Below are positions 27,701-39,700 of a DNA stretch of 64,000 nucleotides, piece by piece. Made by a program: the position numbers and the translations under genes. The notes beneath the pieces are model-generated. The model ran no database searches, was not told the origin of the DNA, and saw only the letters and a program-made list of their open reading frames with translations. The stretch's first letter is position 1. Each line of letters begins with the position of its first letter. The stretch is from Thalia democratica (taxonomy: Eukaryota): positions 57,784,001 to 57,848,000 of the forward strand of contig OZ241827.1 of assembly GCA_965202585.1 (NCBI GenBank). Direction: 5' to 3'.

Positions 27701-30700
27701 GGCAGAAAAAAATTTTGTCAATAATTTTTTATAAATGTAGAAAAAGAGCAGTACGAATATAGTTTGTGTTCATACTTGTAAATATTATTTGTACTTACTG
27801 TTTTAACAGTCTCACAACAAAATATGTTGAACTTTTTATTCAAAAATAATCAAAGTTATATTATAACAAGTTCAATAGAAATAAATTAACATTTACAAAC
27901 TACTAACAAAGTATTTAAAATAAATACAATAAATTCGAGTCTTGCAATGAAGCAAGTTGTTTCTCTGCTACAGTGTCTTTATTTTCTATTTTAGGTTGAG
28001 TAAATTATCAAAGCTTTTTAAAAAAAATTAAAAACGAATTAAAATTTTAAAAATACTGTAGGTAAAACGACAGACGATGTTGGTCAACAGAATGTGCCCG
28101 TTCATTCAGGGATGCAAGCATCCGCACGAGGGCGCCAGAACCATCAGATACAAATACTACAAACTGAAACCTGTCATCTGGTCGCTGCCCGTTGCTACTG
28201 GCAACCACGCTCCTTGTTCGGCCACTTGCGGCGATGGTGAGTCATTTGCATGTTTTAATAATTAGCAGTTGTAACAATTAGTAACTAACTTGTTGTTTTT
28301 CAGTTTGTTTATATTGGTTGTTTTTGTTAGTAAATTTGTTTCTTTACAGAAGCTTTTAAACACTTTTAATTATCTTTTACTTTTTACATTTGAGTTTAAA
28401 GTAACATTGCAAACTTCTGTACAAACCGATTAAAAAATAGTAAATATTTTGTTTTCTCCTTACTTAAGTATTTTAAATTATACACACAAGATTCTATTTG
28501 AACAAGGTTTTTTATATAATTACTGACGAGGTCTTTGACCGAAAAAGTATTTTTTCTTCTTCAAAAGTTGAGATCTTTGTATTTGTTTTCGAAAAAACAA
28601 AACAAAAAATATTATACAAATAAATGTATTTTTAAAATATTTAGTTGACAATTGTAATATATATGCATATATTTAAACCTTGAACAGAAAATTTTGTAAA
28701 AAACACTTTACGAAAAATATTTTTTTCTTTATACGGTAGTTTGAAAGTAATTTAACATAGTTTTAAACAACTTTTAAACAATTTCTACAAACATAGGCCA
28801 AAAATAGAAAAATGTATACTAAAAAGAATGATTTTTTTTGCGGTTTAATTAAGTTATCTATGTTGCATACCATTTGAAGATTATGATATATACATGTATT
28901 ATTTAAGAATTCGTTCTACCACTTAACTAAGTTTCAAAATTAAACACTCCAGTATTTTAGTTTTTATATGTAACATTAATCATTTTGTGCAACTATGAAT
29001 TACAAAAAGTATATTTTCAGCTGCCTAAAAAAATGGTTAAACTTTTAATAAAAACAAAAAAAATATGCAAACCTTTGAAAATAAAACATCCAGTATCATT
29101 TCCAAAAACCAGTAATTTTTAGTAATAAAATTAAACATAAATCAATTAATTAATTTCGTATAGCTCTTTATCAGAATATACTTGTTAAAAACTGATAATA
29201 ATGTAGTATAAATGTAGTTATAAACATTAATTTTAAAATACGTAGCTAAAAGTTGTTACGTCAGAAAGCATATAAGTCTGTTTAAAATGTTAAATTACAA
29301 TTAAATTATACTTAGCTGATTTGAAGCTGCCTGTAAAACAAAACTATTAAAACAAAAGCATTTAAGATAGTAGAAATTTTACCTGAAACAAAATTAAATA
29401 AAAAGTACATTACAAAAATACGACAATAAACGACAACAATAATACTAAAAAATGCTATTTGTTTAAATCTTTTTGTTTGCAAGTTTTCGGCTCACGAGTT
29501 TTCACCTTATAGGAGTGAAAACTCAATAAGACTGGCTAAGCAAGCTTCATTAGCTGTAAAATCCACCTTTAATAGCGTTTCGCTACGTGTTGTGTACAAC
29601 ACCAACCGCCCTCTTAACGGAATTGTGAAAGATGTCACACCTATCCATGATTTAAGTAATGTAGTATACATATTTAAATGTCATTGCGGAAATGACTACG
29701 TAGGTCGAACATCTCAGCATTTCCACCTCAGGCGAGAGCAGCATGTCATGAAAAAACTAATAAAAAATATTTTTAATGACGACGTTATGCCGAAAGGTGA
29801 ACAGTCATCTATCCAAGAGCACCTCCTCAACAACCCTGTTTGTGCTGAGAACTACCTGGATACTAGGTTCAAAGTTCTTTATAGAGCGAGAAACACTTAC
29901 CATCTCTCAGTTCTAGATTCTTTGTTTATTAGAACTCGTGAGCCGAAAATTTGCAAACAAAGAGATTTTTACAATTTAAAACTTTATAAATAGCATTATT
30001 TTAGTATTATTGTTGTCGTTTATTGTCTAATTTTTGTAATGTACTTTTTATTTAATTTTGTTTCAGGTAAAATTTTTATTATCTTAATTTTTTTTGTTTT
30101 AATAGTTTTGTTTACAGGCAACTTCAAATCAGCTAAGTATAATTCAATTCTAATTCAAACATTTTTTACAGACTTTTATGCTTTATGACGTAACTATTTT
30201 TAGCTACGTATTTCAAAATTACTGTCTATAACAGGGATCGGCAGTTAGTTGGTGCTCGCGGGCCAAATTTCAAGTTTTCAAAATCTTCGCGGGCCACAGT
30301 TTTAGTGATGTTTTAATAATCTTTTGGCTTTAGTTTTGGTCACAACGGAGATAGTTTTACTTTTGTTCACTTAATTACTTTAAATGACTTTTAGCTACAC
30401 ATAAAATGCCTGTTTAATATATAAATATCTATTGTAATAGAATTTATATTGTTTAATATACTTAAGTCTTAGCAAAATATGTACTTTCTTAGATACTTAA
30501 TAAGTTAACCTTAATAAAATACTTTTAATGTTTTATTTACAACCTAACTGTCTTTAAAAACCGAAATTGAAGAACATTTATGGGTCACTTTTAGACATTT
30601 TTTATATTATGAACCACCTTTTCATACCTTAAAAAATGTTAATTCTAGAATTTTTTTTGCGTCTTAAATAGCTTACACTATTAATTCAGTAATTAGTTAA

Positions 30701-33700
30701 TTAAATAAAATTAGTACCTATTTATACTGTAAATAAGCTAAATCAAAATGTTTAGCATATTTAATGCTGGAATACTTTAATAAAATACCTTATTAGTAAT
30801 TAATTAGTCTTTTACAAGGTTACAACTTTTAAAGCAAAAATGTCTAAATTATACTAAAAAGTTTACCAAAAGTTAAAAATCTAAACCTTTCTGTTAATCA
30901 CGCTTAAATAGATAACTAAAATATCAATATTATAAAAAGCACAATATGTAAATAAACAAAAAATACAGTTGATAAACTACACAACAGTCAAAAAATATAT
31001 TTTGAGAATTTAAAAATTTATTCAAAGTGTTTGAAATAAAAGTTTTAGATACACCTGAGTTTTATAAAAACTTCTTAAACAACTTTAACCTAGTCTTAAT
31101 TAAAAAAAATTTAAACTAGCCTTATTGTTTGGCAACCCTGTTTAAAATAAAGTTCACGAAATAAAGAAATACAGAAGTTTATTAACAAAGAATTAATTAC
31201 ATAACTCAAAATGTTATTGTAATTTAGCTTGAATAGACAATTAAATTATTTTAAAACTTTAAACAAATGTATATAAAATTATTAAGCTATTAATGAATTA
31301 TAAAAACCTATTTTTTATTGAGCATTATAGCAATTCTTTATTTGCAATAAAAATATTGCATTTAAAAAGAGCAAATGTGAATTAAAAGACGAGTCATAAG
31401 AACTATAATACGTTAGTTTGGAGTTATTGCAAGAAACAAAAAAAACAAATTGCTTAATTCTGTTACAACAACGCATGTAATTATTTTCAGTTACTACAGA
31501 CTGATCAGAAAAAACTGTTTAGGCAAGTTATAAAGTAGCAAAAGTAATTAATAAAAAAAGATACCGTTGAAAGTTGAAAACTTATTTAAATAAATTGTGT
31601 TTGCATTAGTAAAATATGTTTGTTTATTTCTACAATATCAACAAGAAGTCGTATTTAGGAAATTTCTGAAAGATTATAAAGCCGCATAAACCAAATTAGG
31701 ATTTAAATCAATCTGTTAAGATGCGAGAACTGAAACAATAGATATTGCTAATTTTAGAGTTTTTATTAAGGGTGATTTTACTAATTTTGACATTTTAGAA
31801 GAATTTTTAGGTTTAGTCCTAATACAAAGCACAACAATAGGTAAAGACAATTTAAAAGCAAAGTTGCAATGCACCAATATGAAGTTTTCAAAAGTACAAC
31901 TTTTTGCTTCTATGTTTAGTATATAATTAAGTTAAAGGTAAAAAAACGTCTTGAATAATGTAGAAAATTTTAAAAGATAAAGTTAAGATACTTTAAATGT
32001 GTTTTTTAATAAAATATATTTATATGATTGATTTTTTCTGTCAAAGCGAAATTTCATTACTTTACATGTAAAAATTGTTTAAAATTCCAGGTGTTTTCGA
32101 TAATTCTCAAATTCAAGGCTTTTTCAGATTTTTAAGTATAAATTGTTAAATTCCAAGCTTTTCCGTGATTGTTTGACAACACTAATTGTTCACTCTTATA
32201 TGTATAAATTAGTATAAATAATAATTCAAATTATATCAGCTGAAAGACGTAAAATTAAAAATATATTTTAATTCAAAACCAACACTTGCATTGAACGAAA
32301 CATACACCATAAATTCAATTTACCACTCTTTAAAGAAAAAAAGTCAGTTCGAGTGACCAAAACTAGCCTGATATTTTTTCATACAAAAAGCATTTTAAGC
32401 CAAAAACTGGAAGTAACTTAATTGGCCTGAGATTTGAAGTCTTCAAATAGTCATAGTCTGAGTGTGTGGAAATTTTTACTTGTTTATTTGATCGAATTTG
32501 AAGTATTTTGATAAAAAATGTACAACTTAATAAATTACCATTTCTCAATCTAGTTTGTATTAAAAAGGTAGTTCCAAAAAACAGCAACTGTTTATATTAG
32601 TATGCAACGCATAAAAATTAACTTATTTTGCTAAAAAACATGGTTTGAAAAATCAAAAAGTATACTAACAAAAACTTTTTTTAATTTATGTAATATATAT
32701 TTTAAATGTGTCTGTACAAACTTAGATGTTACATGTAGAAACAATAATGTTAGAAAATTATGCATAAACAAAATTATATCTCGTTAAGTATTAAATAAAA
32801 AGTGGTTTAAAATATGAGCATCTTTGTTCATTGGTGTGCATAGGAATTAATTTATTAATTCAAAATGCAAAGAAAACTTCTAAAAAATCAAAGGTGTCAA
32901 TACTAAAATAAAATTAACCTTATTTCTTCTTCTTCTTATTATTATTATTATTGTTGTTATTATTATTATCTTGTTTTAAATGTTTTTGTGTAAACTAGAA
33001 TTTAACATTTAGAAATAAAACATCTGTAATAGAAACTTAGGTATAAAAAACGAATAAAAAAAATTAAACAGTAAAAAAATAACATTTTACGTAATTACTG
33101 TGCATTACTTTTGTACAGAACGGAAAACATTTGCTTTTTGTTTTTACCAAATAGGTATTATATAACTATCTTATTAATTCAAAGAATTTTTTACACTGTT
33201 TTTTTAGAAAATAATTTGCTGTTGTAAGAAGAAAGTTATTATGAAATTGATAAAAAAACCTGGTAGAATGCTAACCTGTCTTTTTCACATTTTTTAGCTA
33301 AATCAGCAAATTCTTTTAGTTGTTTTAAAATGTTATACAGAAACTCAAAACTAAATTTATCGAACAAATTTAACTTTAAATATATTTTTGCTTAGCGGGC
33401 CACATTTACATGCTCGCGGGCCGCAAAATATTCTTTCGCGGGCCGCATTCCATTCAAAAAAAAAACGTGCTCGCGGGCCGCATTTGGCCCGCGGGCCGCA
33501 GTTTGCCGACCCCTGGTCTATAACTACATTATAATTAGTTTTTAGAAAGTATGTTCTGATGAAGAGCTAAGCGAAATTAATTAATAAACCTTTTTGAAAA
33601 TGAAGAACTTATGTTTAAATTTTTTAGTTAAAACCGGTATTAAAACCAAACTATTCATTAGTAATAAATATTAACAATTAAAATAAAAACTGCTAATCAC

Positions 33701-36700
33701 AAACTTATCACAGTCTAGTGTTGAAATCAATTGCCAAGTTTAAAAAAAAATTAGATGAATGCAACTAAAAATCTTTCTAGTTTCATTCTCTAAAGCGGTT
33801 AAAACATTGTTATAGGTTTATAACTTAATTTTTAGTTTTTATTTTCGATATAAACAACAGACAAAATCTGAAAACTAAAAACCTGATTAAATTAAGTTTA
33901 ATTTCTGCTTTCGGTTTCAATTAAAGAACATTATTTTCACTGAAATGTTGAAAATGGTCAATGCGGTTTGTGAACCAAACTTATATAAAACTATTGTGGC
34001 TTAAATTAAATTTTGTAAAGTTTTAAAGCTGCAGGCACCTCTAAAACCTATAATTCAACTACTTAGTTCAATTTAAGCAGAATATATTTCATAAAAAATG
34101 GATTAATTGGATTTGAATAAAATCATGTCATATATTTTTGTATTTACTGTAAAATTCACTGAAAGTTTTAATTTACTTAATTAATTTTTACAAGCATATG
34201 GAAACTTCTGCTATTGCATAAAAACAAAACCTGCCTGATGTACACTTACAATCAAAGCGCTTTTTAAAAAACTTTCCTTTTATTGAAAATTTTCCTCTGT
34301 TTTTGCTTATAGTAATGATTTTAGATCAAAATTTATCTGAAGTTCCATATCAAAATAAAAAAAATAAGTCAATATACTTGTTTTTACACTACTCCAATAT
34401 ATTTTAGGCTACAAAGAAATAAGGCCAGTGTGCAAATCTTCGAATAGCTCAGAAGTTTTTCCAGATTCCAGATGCATTGAGGAGGGATTGGGTGAGGCGA
34501 AAATTCGCCGGGTGAAATGCGTGCTACCCCTATGCAAGGAAGCGCGCCCCTCTATCAATGGCACCAGGTATGTTGCTCATGGTGAAAGTTTGCTTAAAGC
34601 TAAATTTTTATATTTAAATAAATTATTACTTACTAGTTGTTCGGGTTTTAAACAAATATTATATTACAAAATTCAAAATACTTTATTAACAAAGTCTGGT
34701 TTTTGAATGAATAAACATGCAAAAAATAAAAAATACCTTTTCAGACATTTTTTAATAAACTGAAGCTTAGCCATTTATCTTTTTTTTAAAAATAAACAAC
34801 ATTCTTAATTTTAGATTTAAAGTAGTTATTTTCTTAATGAAAGTGTCTAAGTATTGTAAACTAAATAAGTACTATATATAACTTGTCAGTTGTCTACTTT
34901 AACGTTTTTAAAAAGTATACATTTTAGAAACTATAGTTGTAGTTATTTATCAATTAATCACAACAGATTTTACAAGTACCCAGAGCAACACTACGAATAT
35001 TCGAGCATACACACGTGAGTTATTTCTTGTTTACGTTTACCGCTAGGGCGCGCTATAGCTCTTTAAAAATACCAAAAACGAAATATTACATGATGTTGCG
35101 TGTAATCGTTTTATTTTTCCGCTTCGAGGCGCTAAATACTCAATTTTGTAGCTGGAGGACGATCGAGAAGGGAGCGTGCAGCGTGAGTTGCGGGAACGGG
35201 ACGCTGCAAAGGACGATCAGATGCGTGGAAGAGAAGTACAGCGGAGATGTGATCAGGATCCATGAGGACGAGTCGAAGTGCGGGAACTTCGTGAAACCGG
35301 AAAGCATTGAAGCGTGCAACACGTTCGAGTGCCCGAAGTGGATCGTTGGAAACTGGTCCGATGTAAGCTGGCTGAGATTTTATTTACTACACACTTTTTT
35401 AAGATAAGATTTTTGAGATTGTTTCAAAAAATTTAAAAACCAAATTAAAAAGAAGAAGCATTAGCTTAAATTTTTTTTTCAATACTGATGTATAAATAGA
35501 CATTTTATAAAAACACAGTTGTTAGTTGATTACTTCAATTGTATTCAATAATATAGTCTTGAACAACCACAAAACTTTTTTTAGTTACTCTATTGACACA
35601 GATCCTATTTTTACTTAGCCTATTTACTTAAATGAACAGTGTAGTGTTAGTTGCGGTAGTGGAGTGCGAAATAGGTACATCATATGCGACAACAGAGCGA
35701 CTCCTACAATAAATTGTGACACAAGACGACAACCCAACACTGTGATGGAGTGCAACAAAGTCTGCAAGAAGAGTTAGTAACTTCTATAATTTCGTAAAAT
35801 TATGCTTTTTGAAACATGTTTATAGAATTGGTGAGTTATAGAGCTTTATTATAATTTCGATTAGTCTAACTTTTAATCAGTTTTGTGTTTTATAAATTAA
35901 TAAGTCTGTTGCTTTTAACATAAATAATGGTAGTTCAGTATACAGTTTAAACGTACAAAGGTTATTTTAACTAGAAAATATTCTAGTCATTCATAGCTTA
36001 ATTGTTAACTTTGTTTCTATGACGCATTATTGCGGATGTAGCGTTTGCCTAAGTGAGTAAAAAATGTGATAAAAATATTTTATAGCTTTCTTTTAGTCAT
36101 ACCTTATTGTGCTTGTTGGATTAAAGTAGGTTTCTAAATGATTATTTTTTAAACACCACTAAAAATATATTTGAAATTATCTAAAAACAACTTCTACTGT
36201 AGCAAATAGAATGATTTTTCCAAGGTAAGAACGGCAGTAAAATCACGAAGAAAACTAAATCAAAGAAAAGGAAACAGAAAACAAACCAAATAAAAAAACC
36301 TATTCTGAAATTCACTCCAGTTGCCAAGTAAGTTTTAAATTTTAAAGTCCGTTTAATTATGCTAATAAAATTAAGTCGTTAGAAATTTGCTCTTAAACTA
36401 AATGATTAAAGTTAAGTATTTTTAATATTGATTGTTTTATTATTAAAACCTAAACTAAACTATTAGTTAGACTTTAAGTTAACTTTATTTCAATGAAGAA
36501 AAGAAAACTTTATTTAATTCATTCAAATTAAGTCTTCTTTAGCTTGCTAGCTGTCAGAGAACAAAAAAGTTAGCAGTTACATTGTACCTGACTAACTATT
36601 TTTTTGGTACCAAACAAAAACTCTTTTACACAAACATCTGTGATAAATTTTTAAGTTTAACTAAATACAAACAGATGGAAGGCGAGGGAGTGGAGCGCAT

Positions 36701-39700
36701 GTTCGAAATCTTGCGGGATGGGAGGATTCAGGACGAGGAGGGTGGAATGCGTGGAGGAGGGGATCACTAAAGAGGAGGAATTGTACAAGAGCGAACTCGG
36801 GTGCAGGGGACCGGCTCCCGTTCACACCGAGGTTTGTAAAATAGAAGTTATTTAAGTAAATTAAATATAATTTTAAGTATTTGTGATGTTGAAAATCTAA
36901 TGATAGCTTTGTATAAAAAAATTAAAACTTAGTTATCAGAAAGTTAAGATAAAAATATAATAAAGTTTTGTTAGGAAAAAGGTACTTATTGGTAAATGTA
37001 TATATTCTATTAGGACAGACTGAATTACTATAACAAATTATATAGTTTAGATTTTTAAATTAGTTTGACATTAGCTGGTTTAATCTTTTTATTTTTTATT
37101 TATAGTTTAAAAATAACCTAGTTTAGTATTTTTGCTTACTCTTTTTCGGAATTTTCTAGTTTTAGACTTTTCGTTTTTTTAATTTTTAAATTGTTTTGCT
37201 GGTGTAAAACTGTTATCTAATTTAGCTTTTGTTTTTATTTAATAGACTTAACAGTTTGTTATACAAGTATAAACTGTTTTTATAAAGTTCAAAATATATG
37301 TAGTACTAAAAAGTATAACACATAAACTACAGTTTTAGGTAGGCCGTATTTAAGTCTAAAATGTTCAGAGTATTTTGACTGATTTTATCGACTGATATAT
37401 CAAATGAAATGCAACAATCTAATTACAAAAAAACTTTTGTTACAAAGAATTTTTCCTATTAATAAACGGTAGCATTAATGAGTTAAGTTGAATTTTAAAA
37501 GTCATCCGAGTTTGACTTTGGATTATCTGTTGCGATAAGAGCCGATACCCCAAATGTTTCTTTCGTGTTGTAGTTGGGTTGTGACCTCTTGATTAAACAA
37601 ACTACAGTTTATAATGTTTGCTTCGCATTTTGTTGGCTTTGTAGTTTGTGGCCGGCTTTTCGAACGAGGGTGATTTTACAAGCGCGAGTTAAACATCAAA
37701 AAGTTGAAAAGGGGGCTTCGCTTATACCGCTCAAGTACTTTAAAGATTACTTTGATGCTACCTATTTTAGTCTAAATGTGACTGAGTTACTCCTTTACTC
37801 GAAAATTAATTTAAAGTGATAGTTTTTTTAAGTTTTATATTTAAAAAATTCTTGAAATTTATTCAGAAAAGAAAATTTGTACAATGTTTTTACTTGCAGA
37901 AATGCTTTTTGGGTTTGTGCCCCTTCGACACGCATCGACGGGTGAATGAGGCGATGGGGTCGCCGATATCGGTTGTCAGGGTGATCGAGAATGAGGTGGT
38001 GGTCGTCAAGGAGGAGTTTGTGTGGAGGTTTGTCAAGTGGACAAGCTGCAGCGTCACTTGTGGATTTGGTAATTGTTTTTAATTTTATTTTTTTTCTAAA
38101 AACAGTTAATTAAGTCATCATTTTCTTTTTTAAGTAAGTTAAACTAAAAAAATATAAATAATTTATTTAAGGTTTGTAAATACTTGAAAAGGTCCTATAC
38201 ATATTGTTATTGTATTATTTATATTATTCTTATCAATTTTATTCTCAACACTATGGGTTTAACAAAATTAGGTGGACTGGTGTTCTGTTAAATTTAATCA
38301 TTAAGATATAAAAATACTTTAGTATTGTTCGCGTGCAAGCTACGCGTGTTACTAGTTAAAATATTTATCAGTAATCTTCTGTAAGCTTTCACAGATTAAA
38401 TATACTTCATTATTTTAAATTTATCTAAAGTCAACTTTTTCCTAATTCTTATTGACTGCGAACAAATTCATTTTGGCCACCAAATATTTTTGCTAAAATA
38501 TAGTCTGTCTCTGTTTTTTCGAAAAAAAGCACAACTATTCATTACAGCCAACAAAAAAAATGTAAAAAGTATGACTACATGTGTATCTTTTTTATATGTA
38601 TGGATAAAATAGGAATATTTTATATGAGTAATCGACAATAAATATTTTTACGTATTAATTGTCAAAAAAAGTTTTGAGTTTAATATTCCTTAGGTAAGAA
38701 TTAGTTAACAAATTTTCTTTAAAAGTTTATGGTGTAACAAATAAAACTACTACACAAGTAAGTATATCATAAGTATACACACAATAGTTATTTACTTGTG
38801 TTTATCAAATTTCAATTTCAAAAAGCGTAAATTAAATATATTTAAATAGTTCACACTTTAATTGATTAAGATTGATAAGAAAACAACAAAATTGTTTTTT
38901 AGCAATTTCTGTTCAATATGTAAATGTGTTACATTGTAAACTTTTGTTTTTTTAGATTTATTTAGTTTCTAAATAAAACAAGTGTTTTAAATACTTAAAA
39001 TGGACATATATTTTAGAATTTAGATTTTATAAATCTGTTTAGTAGTTGTAATTACTAAGCAAAAAACTTGTTTGATCTTAAGTTTATTGTAATCGTTAAT
39101 CATCAATATATATGACTAAAGTCAAGTGTTAATTAAAAAACTAGCTTGTAGCATACAGCTTAACTTGTTAATTTTTATCACACATTAAAAAAGGATTTTG
39201 GAAGATTAAACACTAATAGCCTACTTAGCTGCCATATAGGTTAATTTTAACTTTTAAAGTACCCTAATTGTTTACTTTAGAAATTAATATTAGTTAAAAA
39301 TTTTTATAGATGTAATATTTTGCATTTGTTAGTAAATTTTTACTTGTTGAGATAACCTTAAACTAAGTTAACTTTATAGTAGCTTTTAATCACCTAGAAA
39401 CTTCTTACTAATACTTATTTGATCAGAAATACGTGTATAACTAAAACTATTAAGTAAACACTTATAAACTCTATAACGTTTTCTTACCATAATTGAATTT
39501 GAATAGTATGGCCAAAAATTTATCTTTAAAGTTTTTTTATCAGAAAAATAAGTAACATAAACTTTATCACTTTTAAATACTATAAATAATTCTATCTCAA
39601 ACTTTATTTTGTGTTGTTCTATAAAAATGTAATTTTTATATTTAAGCTTATGATGAAGACTAGCTTTGAAACTTTAATTTATACATAAATACTGTTTTCT

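Larger units (their letters stand above)
30232..33515 (+). mobile_element. Decayed hAT transposon (Buster/Charlie/SPIN type), 3284 bp
   Basis: TIRs CAGGGATCGGCA / TGCCGACCCCTG; perfect 8-bp TSD GTCTATAA (30224-30231, 33516-33523); subterminal GCGGGCC repeats; transposase relic. Confidence 0.92.
29140..33600 (+). mobile_element. 5'-truncated Penelope-like retroelement with inverted pseudo-LTRs, interrupted by a hAT
   Basis: Core at ~29470-29993; ~29140-29460 is the reverse complement of 29992-30231 plus 33524-~33600. Confidence 0.85.
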
